A stretch of 64,000 nt of DNA from NCBI RefSeq assembly GCF_039654945.1, contig NW_027361707.1:36270001-36334000 (forward strand). Reading direction: 5' to 3'. Made by a program: the position numbers and the translations under genes. Positions within the stretch are counted from its first letter, which is position 1. Every line of letters starts with the position of its first letter. Shown here in pieces: positions 11,604 through 23,639 of this stretch. This DNA is from Dendrobates tinctorius (taxonomy: Eukaryota). The notes beneath the pieces were generated by a model. It saw nothing but the letters and a program-made list of their open reading frames with translations. It was not told where the DNA came from and did not search any database.

Positions 11604-14170
11604 CAGATTCTGTTTGGGTAAGAATACAAGGACAGAACAATGGAAAGGACACCATTGTAGGCATTTACTACAGGCCGCCTGTGCAAGCTGAAGATATGGA
11701 TGAACTCTTTATGCATCAAATGGCCAAGTTCTCCAAAAAATATGACATAGTTGTCATGGGAGATTTCAACTATCCAGACATTTGTTGGGAATCTCTCTCA
11801 GGCAAAACTAACAGGTCAAGGAAATTCTTATCCTCTCTTGCTGACAACTTTATCTTCCAAAAGGTAAGGGAGAAAACAAGGGGAACTGCTACCTTGGATC
11901 TAATCCTTATAAACAGGGAGGAAATGGTTGAGGAGGTAAAAGTGGCTGGGACCCTAGGAGGTAGCGACCATGCTATTTTAGAATTTGGGATAACTAGAGG
12001 AGGAAGACCTGTGAAGACTCAGACGTCAAGGTTAGATTTCAGAAAGGCAGATTTTAAGGGATTCAGAAAGAGAATTGGAGGGATCCAATGGCTGGATATC
12101 CTTAAAGACAAAAATGTCCAGGAAGGATGGGAAATCTTGAAAAATGAAATTCTCAAAGCACAATTGTTAACAATTCCGAAAAGAGGGAAGAATAGGAAGC
12201 ATTTAAGGAAACCAGGATGGATGAACACAGAACTCAAGCACATGCTAAAAAGGAAGAAAGAAATGTTTATAAAATGGAAAGAGGGAGGCATATCTAAAGA
12301 AGAATATAATGCTGTCTGCAGAACCTGCAGGGCACAAATCAGATTACTAAAGCTGACAATGAATTGAGGCTTGCAAGAGATGTCAAAAGCAATAATAAAG
12401 GATTTTGGGGATATGTCAAAAGTAAAAGAAAAGTCATAGATGCTATAGGATTTTTACAGGATGAAAATGATGAAATGGTAAGACAGGATGTTGAGAAGGC
12501 CGAACTTTTAAATTCCTATTTTGCATCTGTTTTCTCTTAGAAAGGAAATGTAACATCAACTGTTCTTCACTGTCCTATTAAGGGAATAGAAGAATCCAGG
12601 ATATCTAAACAGAAAGACAGTGAGGAAACACTTAGCTAACCTAAATGAATTCAAGTCTCCAGGTCCAGATGAATTACACCCCAGAGTACTGAAGGAGATA
12701 GCAGAAGAAATGTTTGAACCCCTCTCCATATTCTTTGAAAATTCTTGGAGAACAGGAGAAGTCCCAGAAGACTGGAGAAGAGCAAATGTTGTTCCTATCT
12801 TCAAAAAGGGGAAGAAGGTGGACCCAGGCAACTATAGCCCGGTGAGTCTGACTTCTATACCAGGAAAGATCTTTGAACAAATTATTAAACAACATGTATG
12901 TCAGTACCTGGATAAGAATGAAGTGATTAAACAGAGTCAGCATGGGTTTGTAACTAATAAGTCATGTCAGACTAACTTAATTTCCTTCTATGACGGAATC
13001 ACTGATTGGGTGGATCAAGGAAATGCTGTAGATATAGTATATCTTGACTTCAGCAAAGCAATTGACAAAGTATCTCATACAATCCTTATTGAAAAAATGA
13101 CTAAGTATGGAATGGACAAGGCAACTGTTAGGTGGATTCATAACTGGCTTAGTGATCGGACCCAAAGAGTGGTCGTAAATGGCTGCACATCCAGTTGGAA
13201 GAATGTCTCAAGTGGGGTACCACAGGGCTCTGCCCTGGGCCCTGTATTGTTCAACATCTTTATCAACGATTTAGATAAAGGAATTGAGGGTAAACTGATT
13301 AAATTTTCTGAGGACACAAAGCTAGGAGGGATAGCTAATACTAGAGAAGAGAGAGAGAGGATTCAAAAAGATATAAATAAACTGGAGCAGTGGGCAGCAA
13401 CTAACAGAATGGTTTTTAACAGGGAAAAATGCTAAGTACTACATCTGGGCAATAAAAATGAAAAAAGCATATACGGAATGGGAGGAATAGGACTAAGCAA
13501 CAGCACATGTGAAAAAGACTTGGGTATACTAATAGATCACAGACTGAATATGAGTCAACAATGTAATGCAGCAGCAAAAAAGGCAAATGCAATTCTAGGA
13601 TGTATTAACAGAAGCATACAGTCTAGATCACGGGAAGTCATAATTTCCTTCTACTCCTCTTTGGTCAGACCTCATCTGGAATACTGTGTCCAGTTTTGGC
13701 CACCACATTTTAAAAAAGACATCAACAAACTGGAGCAAGTTCAGAAAAGAGCGACCACAATGGTGACCGGTCTGCAAACCCTGTCTTATGAGGAAAGGTT
13801 GCAGGATTTGGGAATGTTTAGTTTGCAAAAGAGAAGACTGAGAGGAGACTTAATAACTGTCTACAAATATCTAAAGGGCTGTTACATTGTAGAAGGATCA
13901 ACTTTATTCTCATTTGCACAAGGAAAGACTAGAAGCAATGGGATGAAACTGAATGGGAGGAGACACAGATTAGATATTAGAAAAAAACTTTTTGACAGAG
14001 TGATCAATGAGTGGAACAGGCTGCCACGAGAAGTGGCGAGTTCTCCTTCAATGGAAGTCTTCAAACAGAGGCTGGACAGACATCTGACTCGGATGATTTA
14101 GCGAATCCTGCTTTGAGCAGGGGGTTGGACCAGATGGCCCAGGAGGTCCCTTCCAACTCTACGATTCTAT
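11604..14170 (+). mobile_element. CR1-clade LINE, 5'-truncated, ORF2 broken; antisense in QDPR intron 3
   Basis: APE endonuclease tail ('GDFNYPDI','TLDLIL','SDH') and RT ('GVPQGSALGP','YLDFSKA'). The catalytic FADD has become FSED, with several stops and frameshifts. The CR1-type 3' end is GGTCCCTTCCAACTCTACGATTCTAT. Confidence 0.95.
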
Positions 14171-14846
14171 ATACTGGCTACATTGAGTGATCAGAAATCA
14201 CATTTTTTTCTTTTTTCAGTAAAACTGAAATAAAAAAAAATTATATTTAAAACAAAAAAAAAAAATAAAACAAAGCCCTTGTGTGGTTTCAAGAACGTCA
14301 TAAAATATAACCCAAATAGTCCACATCTGGCTCTTATGAAAACAATTAGCATAAATTGGTACCAGGTGCACGTGTGGTTAAAACAGCTGACTCACTCTGA
14401 ATTGTGGATTTTTTTTTATACATTCTCTGTGGTAACACTGGTATTGTCCCTTTAACGTTGAATAAGACATAAGGAAACGGCTAGATTCCCGAAAATTGGA
14501 GGAAAACATGTTATCTAGTACTGGAACAGGACAAAGCACCGACTAAAAGTCAGTTTCAAAGTCCGTGATTTCTGGACTGGCCGCTGGCTAACCTGAACAC
14601 CGACTCAATGCGGAGCTCTGACCACCAACAATGCAGAATAGGGAAGCTCTGCAGCCCTGGCTTGGTGGAGCGAAGGTGCCCATGCTCATCCTCCATTCAG
14701 TGCCTATGGGAGTGCTGGAAATAAGAGAACTGCACTTGGCTTTCTCTAGCAGTCTAATAGATAATGACTAGAGAGCAGAGGTTGAGCATGGACATCTCCA
14801 CCATATTCAATCCAGGGCTCTGCAGAGTCACAGGTCTATAAGAGTG

Positions 14847-14945
14847 GTTCTCCTGAAGAAGAGGCTGGTATGGACTAGAAACATGTTGTGAATAAAACAG
14901 AATAAATCAATGCAATCTCCACCAGCAGAGCAACATTTAGCCGCA
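14847..14945 (+). mobile_element. Penelope-like terminal-repeat fragment with a degenerate minimal hammerhead motif
   Basis: GTTCTC-CTGAAGA-A..-GAAA-CATG-TT-GTGAAT followed by AATAAA. Helices I and II are partly broken. Confidence 0.45.
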
Positions 14946-15338
14946 AAAAAAAAAAAAAAACCTCTTCCAGCAGCTATGGCATACTAGACTTCAATAGGTG
15001 CGGTGTCCTCACACAAATCCCTACAGGTCAGCGCTACCTTCACCCTCAACCCGCATCCTGCTCCATACAGGCCTACGGACTCATCAAGATTTCCTGAGTT
15101 CTCAGGATCACAGCCATCGGCCCCCCATTCTATAGATGGGTATAACCCCTTTACGATTGCAGAACAAGACACCATTCAGGTAGCAAGAATCAGCGCGCTG
15201 TAAAACTTTCCACTACATTTTAGGCCAAGGAATAATCCCTCATGTTTTGATCCCTCCATTGTAAACATCACTAATAAGTTTGTGAAAAGTAGCAGGTGCA
15301 ACATGAAAACCCTCCGTACCAAAACCCCATTTCCTTAC

Positions 15339-15435
15339 ATTTGGCCTTTGCAGACCCTCCTGCCCAGCCTCCGGCTACACACAAGATGGCATCCACCTTC
15401 TGTCCCCCGAGGAGCTGATCCACCGCTGAGCTGAC
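15339..15435 (-). CDS. QDPR: Dihydropteridine reductase, coding exon 3 (97 bp)
   Basis: tcatcag|GTC AGC..GCC AAA T|gtaagg. Translates as [32 protein letters not shown]. Confidence 0.97.
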
Positions 15436-16002
15436 CTGATGAAAGGAAGGGAGAAAGAAAGAAGCAATGGGTCGAACTCGCAACAGAACAATTCACATTC
15501 CCACTGATTAATGGGAAATCACAATACAGGTCAAACATTTATACAGAAATTATAATTATCTGCACTACGAGCAGCCAAATATTCAAAGTCCGAGACCCCC
15601 GAGGGTTCGCGTAATCCTCCTGCCTTCGGAACAACAAAGATTCCGAAGATTAAGCTCCACCATCTAACTAGAAGACACATGTCCTACCCGGACACCATGA
15701 CCCGTTTATTGTCACTGGAAATTAAACCTTTCACTGTAATGTTTGCGATTTGTTTTTTATCTTCCCCTTCTTCCAAGAACTATAACTTTTTTTATATTTT
15801 AAGTAGGACGATGGTATGGGGGTTCTTTTTTTTTCCTTTTGGGACATGCAGTGGTTTTGTAATCCACATTCATTTTACCATAAGATGTACTAAAAAATGT
15901 GAAAAAAATATATAAAAAAATAAAGCAGCTTTGCCGTAGCTTTTCCATTTTCAGCAGTATTCATTCTGCAGAACCTACGCTACACAAATTATAATATACT
16001 AT

Positions 16003-16048
16003 GCTGGACCCGAAGAAGCGAGTAATCGTGAAACGGCCGTTGTCCGGC
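16003..16048 (+). ncRNA. Minimal type I hammerhead ribozyme-like motif within a Penelope-like fragment (to about 16175)
   Basis: GCTGGAC-CCGAAGA-A-GCGA-GTAA-TCGT-GAAA-CGGCCG-TT-GTCCGGC: 7-bp helix I, GNRA-capped helix II and palindromic helix III. AATAAA and GGTGAGTG follow downstream. Confidence 0.7.
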
Positions 16049-16972
16049 TTTCACCTCCCCCAACATTCCTCTCACGTCCTGCTTGTCCTTTCATCTGTCC
16101 GTGGCACGGTTGTGAAATAAAGGCCATTTAACTTTTCAGCTCAGCCGGTGAGTGTTGCATTTTTTCTTTATTTACTATATATATGTTTGCATAACCGTTT
16201 TCTGAGATCCATATTTATATTTTTTTCTTTAAGATAAATATTGGATGAAAACTTTCATGGGAGGATGAGGAGGGCTTCTTTAATGTCATGTCAGAGGATG
16301 ACCGTGGCATTTAAATGATCGGAGCTAGCTCTGGTCACTGCTAACTGTATAACACAGCCTGACCCAACACGTTAACACTTCATAGACATGAACGTCACAT
16401 GTAGGAGAGCAGTTGAGGGACGTTATAGCCTGAAAATCTCATCCTAAATATAGAGCAGATGTACACACCGCCATGCTGAGCGGCACATGGATTTTATCAC
16501 CGTGTCAATAAAAGGGGATAGTTTTAGCAACCCTTTTCACAAATTGATGCCAGCACTACGGTCAGCTGCAGAAATCCCTGACAATCATCAGATGACTGGC
16601 AGCTATTGAAGGCTTTTGGCATCACCTAATTAGGGACCCAGACACCATCCGGCTGAGCTAATGCACTGATCACAATAATATCTCCTGCATGATACATGTA
16701 CTGTCTATAAAAGTGGAACGTTCCCGATGTATCCAACCACAAGAGACATCGTAGGGCCACAGCCACATGTAGGGACTCGAGGACGAGGTAGCACTTCTCA
16801 GATATCGTCACTGGATAGTTTGCTCTTACAGTAATTACATCGGACCTTTGATAGGAAATTAAATAATCAGAGCATCCGTTCTATCATGGTTGTCACTGTA
16901 CACATCAGTCGGCATCCAGTAACCTGGGGCTGTGCAGACGCGATGTGGACAGACGGCCGCCCGCTGACTCAC

Positions 16973-17065
16973 CACTTCTGCTTGCTCGGAGAAAGAATCG
17001 GACGGTTTAACAACAACGTTGGCATTTGCGGCTGCGTTTTCTGTTATGTCTATGGATGCCACCCA
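16973..17065 (-). CDS. QDPR: Dihydropteridine reductase, coding exon 2 (93 bp)
   Basis: cgcag|TGG GTG GCA..GAA GTG|gtgagt. Translates as [31 protein letters not shown]. Confidence 0.96.
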
Positions 17066-17387
17066 CTGCGGGAATAAAAGGGAGACAGTAAAAGCAAGAA
17101 TAAGGCAACATTATAAAAAGGGATACCAACATCTACATATAGCAAAAAAAAAAAGGGGGGGGGGGGAGAGAGACAAAGCGCAATAGGGTCTCATCCACGT
17201 TACAGGATAGAGTCTAACATGAAATCTGCTCACCTGGTTAGGATGAGATAAGAGCATGTAGGTAGCGGCTGCTGCAGATCCACAGGTCCTCAATGACCAG
17301 AAGAAATTATATAGTCAAAGGGAATTCATAGTTATATTCCGCACTAAGGCTGGGACAAATTCCAGGAGAATGCTGTAGGATTGCAGC

Positions 17388-17440
17388 GGTTTTATTCAAC
17401 GCGTTTCAGGGGTCTCATGCCCCCTTCATCAGGAAATACC
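17388..17440 (-). ncRNA. Minimal type I hammerhead ribozyme-like motif (Penelope-like fragment), on the sense strand of QDPR intron 1
   Basis: The minus strand reads GGTATTTC-CTGATGA-AGGGG-GCATGAGA-CCCCT-GAAA-CGCG-TT-GAATAAAACC, with an intact CUGAUGA/GAAA core. Confidence 0.7.
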
Positions 17441-17793
17441 ACACGGAATATAACTACGAATTCCCTCTGAATACGACATCTACATATAGGCAAATCTGGC
17501 ATCTCAGCTGAGACTCCTGTTCTGCTCTATGGGACAGGTCTCCAGTATCCCAGCAATGGAAACAACTAGAATGGAGGCAGCAGGGCAGGTCCGCCATGGG
17601 GCACCAAAACTTGTGCTCCAAAAAAACTTTTTTATCCAGGACTGCCTGTTGACATCATCTACATGCAATCCATGGATCAGCTCTGCTACACATGCATCTG
17701 GGCAGCGACTCCTGGACACAGGTGACCACTGTACCTGTCCAGCACCACAGTGCCCCTATCACACAGAGGACACAGGAAAACAAAGCCACTCAC

Positions 17794-17892
17794 CCAGTTC
17801 CTGGACTTGAAGTAGTCCACGCACCTGGAGCCCAGGGCGCCTCTGCCCCCGTACACCAGCACGCGCTGAGCATCACTAGCAGCAGCCGCCAT
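17794..17892 (-). CDS. QDPR: Dihydropteridine reductase, coding exon 1 (99 bp)
   Basis: ATG at 17892. Translates as [33 protein letters not shown]|gtgagt, with the Rossmann GGxGxxG motif. Confidence 0.97.
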
Positions 17893-17954
17893 CTGCACAG
17901 CCGGGAGAGGAAAGCGGCGCCGCGCCACACACTGTCACACAAGAGGCAGGCGCT

Positions 17955-18092
17955 GAGCCCGCCCCCTCTGACGTCACCCTGCCGTCAAACACGGGCCCAC
18001 GCTAAAGTGACCTCGCTCTGACGTAGCGCGTTGTGATTGGACGCTGCGGGCAGCTGCTCTGCCTGGCAGAGTGGTCACATGATCCGCCCCTT
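17955..18092 (-). promoter_or_regulatory. CpG-rich QDPR proximal promoter
   Basis: GC boxes at 17958-17965 and 18084-18090, perfect CRE TGACGTCA at 17969-17976, half CRE at 18019, CCAAT on the minus strand at 18036-18040, and E-box GTCACATGA at 18074-18082. Confidence 0.7.
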
Positions 18093-18364
18093 AGTGTCTG
18101 TGTGTGTTTATGGTCTGTCCGTCACACAGTGGTCGCAGGTTGCGGCCGTCGCCGCTCTCGTATCAGTCTCTGAGCAGGGTGTCATCTATGGAGCGCGGCT
18201 GTAGCGTGGGCAGCTCACAAGCGGGGAGCGCTCTCCCCCTCTGTACCTTGAGACACCCCTTCTGTAGGGCTTGATGTTAATTTAGGGGTCTGAGGATAAA
18301 TATAAATATAGGGTTTTGGTAGGAGGTATAATATTCATATAGGGTCTGGTGTAGGCTCTGATAA

Positions 18365-18749
18365 GGCTACTTTCACATTAGCGTCCCTGCGTCGGGGCGA
18401 CGTACCGTCGCGCGCTGTGAAAGGCGTGCACAACGGGGGCAGCGGATGCAGTTTTTCAACGCATCCGCTGCCCCATTGTCATGTCCGGGGAGGAGGGGGC
18501 AGAGTTTCGGCCGCGCATGCGCGGTCGAAAATGGCGGAGACGACGCACAAAAAAGTAACGTTTTTGTGTGAGTCACGGCCGGCAAAACACGACGCATCCG
18601 TCGCACGACAGATGCGACGTGTGGTAATGCGTCGGTAATGAAAGTCAATGGAAAAAAAATGCATCCTGCGGGCAACTTTGCAGGATGCGTTTTTTCCCCA
18701 AAACGATGCATTGCGACGTGCGTCGCACGACGCTAATGTGAAAGTAGCC
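18365..18749. mobile_element. Harbinger/PIF-type MITE
   Basis: TIR GGCTACTTTCACATTAGCGTC / GACGCTAATGTGAAAGTAGCC, with TAA target duplication on both sides. Confidence 0.9.
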
Positions 18750-18923
18750 TAAGATAGGGTAGTCTGCTGTGGAATCGGAGATTAATATTGGGGTCCTGGT
18801 GTGAGGTCTGACATTAAAAGAATTTTTCAGTTTAAGAAGCTTTGTCTCCAGGATCAGACGCATTCCAGTGTTTTTATACCAGCAATCAAACTGTTAAATG
18901 TTTAATTCCCGATTTGGGACTAA

Positions 18924-19124
18924 GGCCGGGATCACACTATCGTGTGTGATGCGGGAAACTCGCACGAGTCTCTCACATCAACACCCGGAGCTGCCGCCGG
19001 CACTCGGGACCACAGCTGGGGCTGCATAGAAATACAGCCGCACACTCCGGTCCTGAGTGCCGGGTGTTGATGAGAGAGACTCGTGCGAGTTTCCCGCATC
19101 ACACACGATAGTGTGATCCCGGCC
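18924..19124. mobile_element. Harbinger-type palindromic MITE
   Basis: TIR begins GGCCGGGATCACACTATCGTGTGTGATGCGGGAAACTCGCACGAGTCTCTC (about 60-bp inverted arms), with TAA TSD. Confidence 0.92.
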
Positions 19125-21876
19125 TAACACACAGAAAAAAAAAAGCTTTAGAAAAATAATAAATTGCCATTTTTTGCTTTTTAGCCCCTTTTTAAATGGA
19201 TAAATGACAATCACTGCAACTGTAGAGACTTAAACTCTAAAGCTAATATGTCATTCAGCCCCACTAGTGAATGCTGTAAAAACTATTACAACACAAAGAC
19301 AGGATTGCTGAGCTCTTATCATCTCAAAATAAATTGAATAAAAACGTCACATGAATATAAGGATTATACCTATAAACTCCACAGTTCATACTGCAAAAAA
19401 AAAACCCTCAGCTTCCTCAACAAAAAAAATAAAAAGAGTATAGCTCTACAAATATAGCGAGACATATTTTTTTAAAATTACATTTTTATAAGATTTTATT
19501 GTAAAAAATATAATAAGATATTACGAAACTACACAAATTGGGTATTGCCATGTCTAATGACTAGAACTAAAATAAGGATGCAATTTATCAGACCCAGTAA
19601 GCGCAATGAAAAAAAAAGCCAAAATTGATGTTTAGTGTTATTGCCAGCAAAAAAATGTAATAAAAAGCTCTACAAAAAAAGTCATAAAATGGCACCAATA
19701 AAAACTATGTCCTGCAAAAAACAAGTCCTCATATACTCCTATCGACAAACATAAAAAAGTTGTGGCTCAATAGAGCAAAAAAATTTTTTAACCCCTTTCC
19801 ATCATCCGTCGTACATGTACAGCGCAAGCTGGTAGCGAGTGCGTGGAGTGGATTCATGGGATGAGCTCACCCCATACCGAGCAGGCAATGCCTGTGCGTG
19901 GACCTGCCTCTAACAGCTGCAGGTGGAGAAGAGCTTTGTCTGCAAATGTTAGGCTGCGTTCACAAGTTGCGTTTTTTTCGCGCTTTTGCTGTAATTTTCC
20001 TCTGCAAAAATGCTAAGAAAATGCATCCCATACAGTCCTATGGGACTCTCATCGCGGTAAAATCAGCAGCATGGTCATTCTTTTTGCGGAACTCTCAGCG
20101 TTTCCGCACCCATAGGAATGTGTGACGCCCTGTGTCTTTACCACCACAAAAGGGTTAAATATGTACTGTTTTGTATGTGTTTTGTGAGCAATGGGAGTTA
20201 TGCTTTCTCTTACACATTAGAGCTCCCATACACATTAGGCCCCATACCGTACACATTATGGCTTTCACATGTTGAATTTTAACACTCAATCTTTAGTACA
20301 GTTTACTCTCTCCTTCCCACACATGCACAGGGCTCCCTGGTACTTGTAGTCCCCCACAGCTCCTCGCATTACACGTCGGGGTCTTGTAGTCAATATTGTA
20401 GCGCAGCACCTCATACCCTTGTTCGGCGCTGCAAGGGTTAATGAGTGCTCCTGCCCCCTCGTGGTCGGGTGACCGCAGCACTCGCACACATCATCACTCT
20501 GCGACACCTGAGCTGTCTGTGTGGGGGACCCCGAGGGTGTGCTCCTGCTCTGCGGGCAGAGGCTGCCGGTGCTGCCTGTCTGCGTGGGGATGGCCGCTCT
20601 CCGTGCTCAGTACAGGGGAATATCCATGTTGCATCATTGCAGGAGGGGGACCCCGCAGTTTGCGTGGATTGCCCCGGAAGCAGAAACAGATCGAGCGGCC
20701 CAATACAGGCACCAGCCCTTCTGGCATTTGCCAGAAGTGCCCGATGCTCAGTCTGTCCCTGCCTGCAGGTAACTATTTTTAACAGCAAACTGGTGTCAAT
20801 AACTTTGCTAACACACTGCAATGAAATTTAAATGGAGGCCAGAAATGGAAGAATTTCGAGTGCACTTTTTATATGTGATCCGTGTGACGGACAAACCACA
20901 GATTTAAATAGATGGACTTTTAGCGCTGTAATATGGAAAGGATCTGGCTGTATTCTGCAGTGCCAACAATCAAATGGAGCAGAAAAACGGTGTTCTCTGG
21001 ATTGCTTTTTAAGCAAATAATCAGGATTAAGAGCCCCAAAAAATATTCCTGTCCCCTGATTCCTGGGGCTATGTCTAGTAATATCTGTAAAAGCCGCAGC
21101 AGCAAACAGAACTGGAATGGACCCTCTTGCTATATGCACTGCAGTCTGCCACATACACTGCCTAGCACTGATATCTATGCAGCTGGATTAGTCCTCAGAA
21201 GGACTGTTAGTTGAGATGGATATGTGTCAAATATTTTGTGGTATACCTACACTAACTAAGACACAAGCAAATCTATCCCTAGCTCAGCAGCAGCTCTACC
21301 TACACTGACTGATTCCAGAGCAGACTGTGACGAGCAGGGCGGCGCCAGGTCTGATATAGACCTGATGATGCTGTGCAGCCAGCCAATCACTGTAATGCCA
21401 CAACCAACATGGCTGCGGAGTTACAGTGTGTGGCAGACTATCCCTGCATGTTCATTGGCTCTCTCAAGAGCGCCAAACATGCAGGGTGGGGATCGGAGCT
21501 CCTGCTGAGCAGCCCTGGAAATAGCGAGTTCCGAGCATCTCGAGCAGTGAGATGCTCAGGCGAGTACTGAGTAGTGGCGAGCATGCTCGCTCATCACTAG
21601 TACTAACCAATATGTCTCTATGCATATAACTGCCTGTTGCTTGTAAATGATACTGTGAATATTGTTCTTGTGCATTTATCTGTGATAATAATCTTTCCCG
21701 CATTTAACCCTGTTACATAAATAAATTAAAAGTAGATTGTTGATCCCGCCTGTACATTGACATACTTCATGGACAAGAGCAGTAGTAACACCCAGTTGTG
21801 AATTTTTTTTATCAATTTTTAGGAGGAACAGTAGAGGAACGGCACAATGTCAAGGTATAAAGGAAGATGATTTACA

Positions 21877-22050
21877 CTCAGTGGTTAGCACTGTTTCTTT
21901 GCAGCGCAAGGAGTTTGTATGTTCTCCCCGTGTTTGTGTGGGTTTCCTCCATGCCCTCTGGTTGTGAGCCCCAATGGGGACAGTGATGGCAAAGTCTTTT
22001 AATGCTCTGTGGAATATGATGGCGCTATATAAGTGAGCATAATAAATACA
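21877..22050 (+). mobile_element. SINE remnant (tRNA-derived, V-SINE-like)
   Basis: CTCAGTGGTTAGCACTG head and TGTTCTCCCCGTGTTTGTGTGGGTTTCCTCC core. A reverse-orientation relative lies at about 9660-9880. Confidence 0.65.
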
Positions 22051-22509
22051 TGTAATACATTTTTTTAAGTAATGCAAGCATTTTAGTGAAACAGACATGT
22101 TAGGAGAGAAGGAGGCATGAAAGTGATAGAAATGATTTCCTTAGGAGAGATAAGGTAAGAGCTGTCCGTCTCGTGCTGCTATTCAGCAAATGTCATCTGA
22201 GTATTTGCCGAGGAGACAATGCAGCGGGCTGATGAAACACTAGTAGGGCCCTGGAGATAGGGTTACTGCCTCCAGGATCCAGCACTGGGTACACTCTGCT
22301 GAAGATCTTCATTGCCGGAAGCCCCTCCGCGTACAACCTGCATCACAAGGCTTCCTCCATATCGGCCCCCATCTTTGCCTTCACTGCAAGTAACCCAAAG
22401 CTAACAATGGAATGTCCCCAGGATCTGCATCCCCAGAGATGTGCCAGCGGTGACAAGCGGTGTCCTTACAGCAGGGCAGTGCCAGGGATGATTTCTTGAA
22501 CATTTTATA

Positions 22510-22762
22510 ATGCCGGGGTGCTTCAAGAAAACTATATTCTCCTTAGCTTCAGCATTAAGTTTCGTGTCGTTCTTGCTGATCGTTGTTGCCATGGCGACTC
22601 AAAAATGGATGACCGGGAAGACACTATGTCAGACAGGAGTTGATTTGGTCAATGCTTCTGATCCGGAGCTGGTCAAGTTTATTGGGGATATTTACTACGG
22701 ACTTTTTCAGGGGGGAAAAGTGCGCCAATGTGGATTGGGGAAGCGAAGTTTCACGTTCAAAA
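22510..22762 (+). CDS. CLRN2: Clarin-2, coding exon 1 (253 bp)
   Basis: [55 protein letters not shown]|gtgagt. Confidence 0.96.
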
Positions 22763-22999
22763 GTGAGTACATTATCATTGTGACTATGGGGATAAGTCCC
22801 ATTTCTTGTTACATGAAAATACGGTATATCTAATTTTTTAAGGAACAGATGACATTTAAAAAAAAAAGATTAATTGTGTATTCACACTGTGTAATGTATG
22901 TTTGGCGTATGCAACGGTAAAACTATTAACATAGACAATATGTCCAACATAGCCATAGGCCCCTGTTCATCCCATATTGGTCCAAAGGACATCCATATA

Positions 23000-23624
23000 C
23001 AGGGTGGGCCATTTATATGGATACACCTAAATAAAATGGGAATGGTTGGTGACCCAGATCGGCGCGATGAATTTGCTGAATGGGCAAAACAAAAACTGGA
23101 GCAGGACCCTTAGTTTACACAGAACATTATGTTCAGTGATGAGGCAAACTTTTTTGGGTGGGCCATTTATATGGATACACCTAAATAAAATGGGACCAGT
23201 GACAGTTTTCTTGCATAGGGTGTCTTGCATTGAAATCTGCTGCAATGACCCGGGTACTGCGTTCACCAGACATCAGCACAATTTCTATCTGCTCTTCACG
23301 TGTTAACCTCTGCGACATGTCAATGGCTGTAGACAAAGAGAAACTTGCAAATAACTCATGAAAAAAATAAAGTTATGTTAAAACCAAGCACACCATTGTT
23401 TTTCTTGTGAAATTCTCAATAAGTTTGATGTGTCACATGACCCTCTTCCCATTGGAAAAAATAAAGTTGGATCCAAAATGGTTGATTTCAAAATGGCCGC
23501 CATGGTCACCACCCATCTTGAAAAGTTTCCCCCCTCCCATATACTAATGTGCCAATAGCAGGAAGTTGATATCACCAACCATTCCCATTTTATTTAGGTG
23601 CATCCATATAAATGGCCCACACTG
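23000..23624. mobile_element. Non-autonomous Tc1/mariner-type element
   Basis: About 50-bp TIRs (CAGGGTGGGCCATTTATATGGATACACCTAAATAAAATGGGAATGGTTGGTGA), with TA on both flanks. A third partial TIR copy lies at about 23156-23193. Confidence 0.88.
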
Positions 23625-23639
23625 TATATGGATATATAT

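Noticed and set aside
12620-14101. Functional reverse transcriptase gene
   Set aside because: 5'-truncated CR1 with stops, frameshifts and a mutated catalytic motif (FSED).
17686-17928. QDPR start at 17928 suggested by the ORF track
   Set aside because: That codon is GTG. Homology and Kozak-like context support the ATG at 17892.
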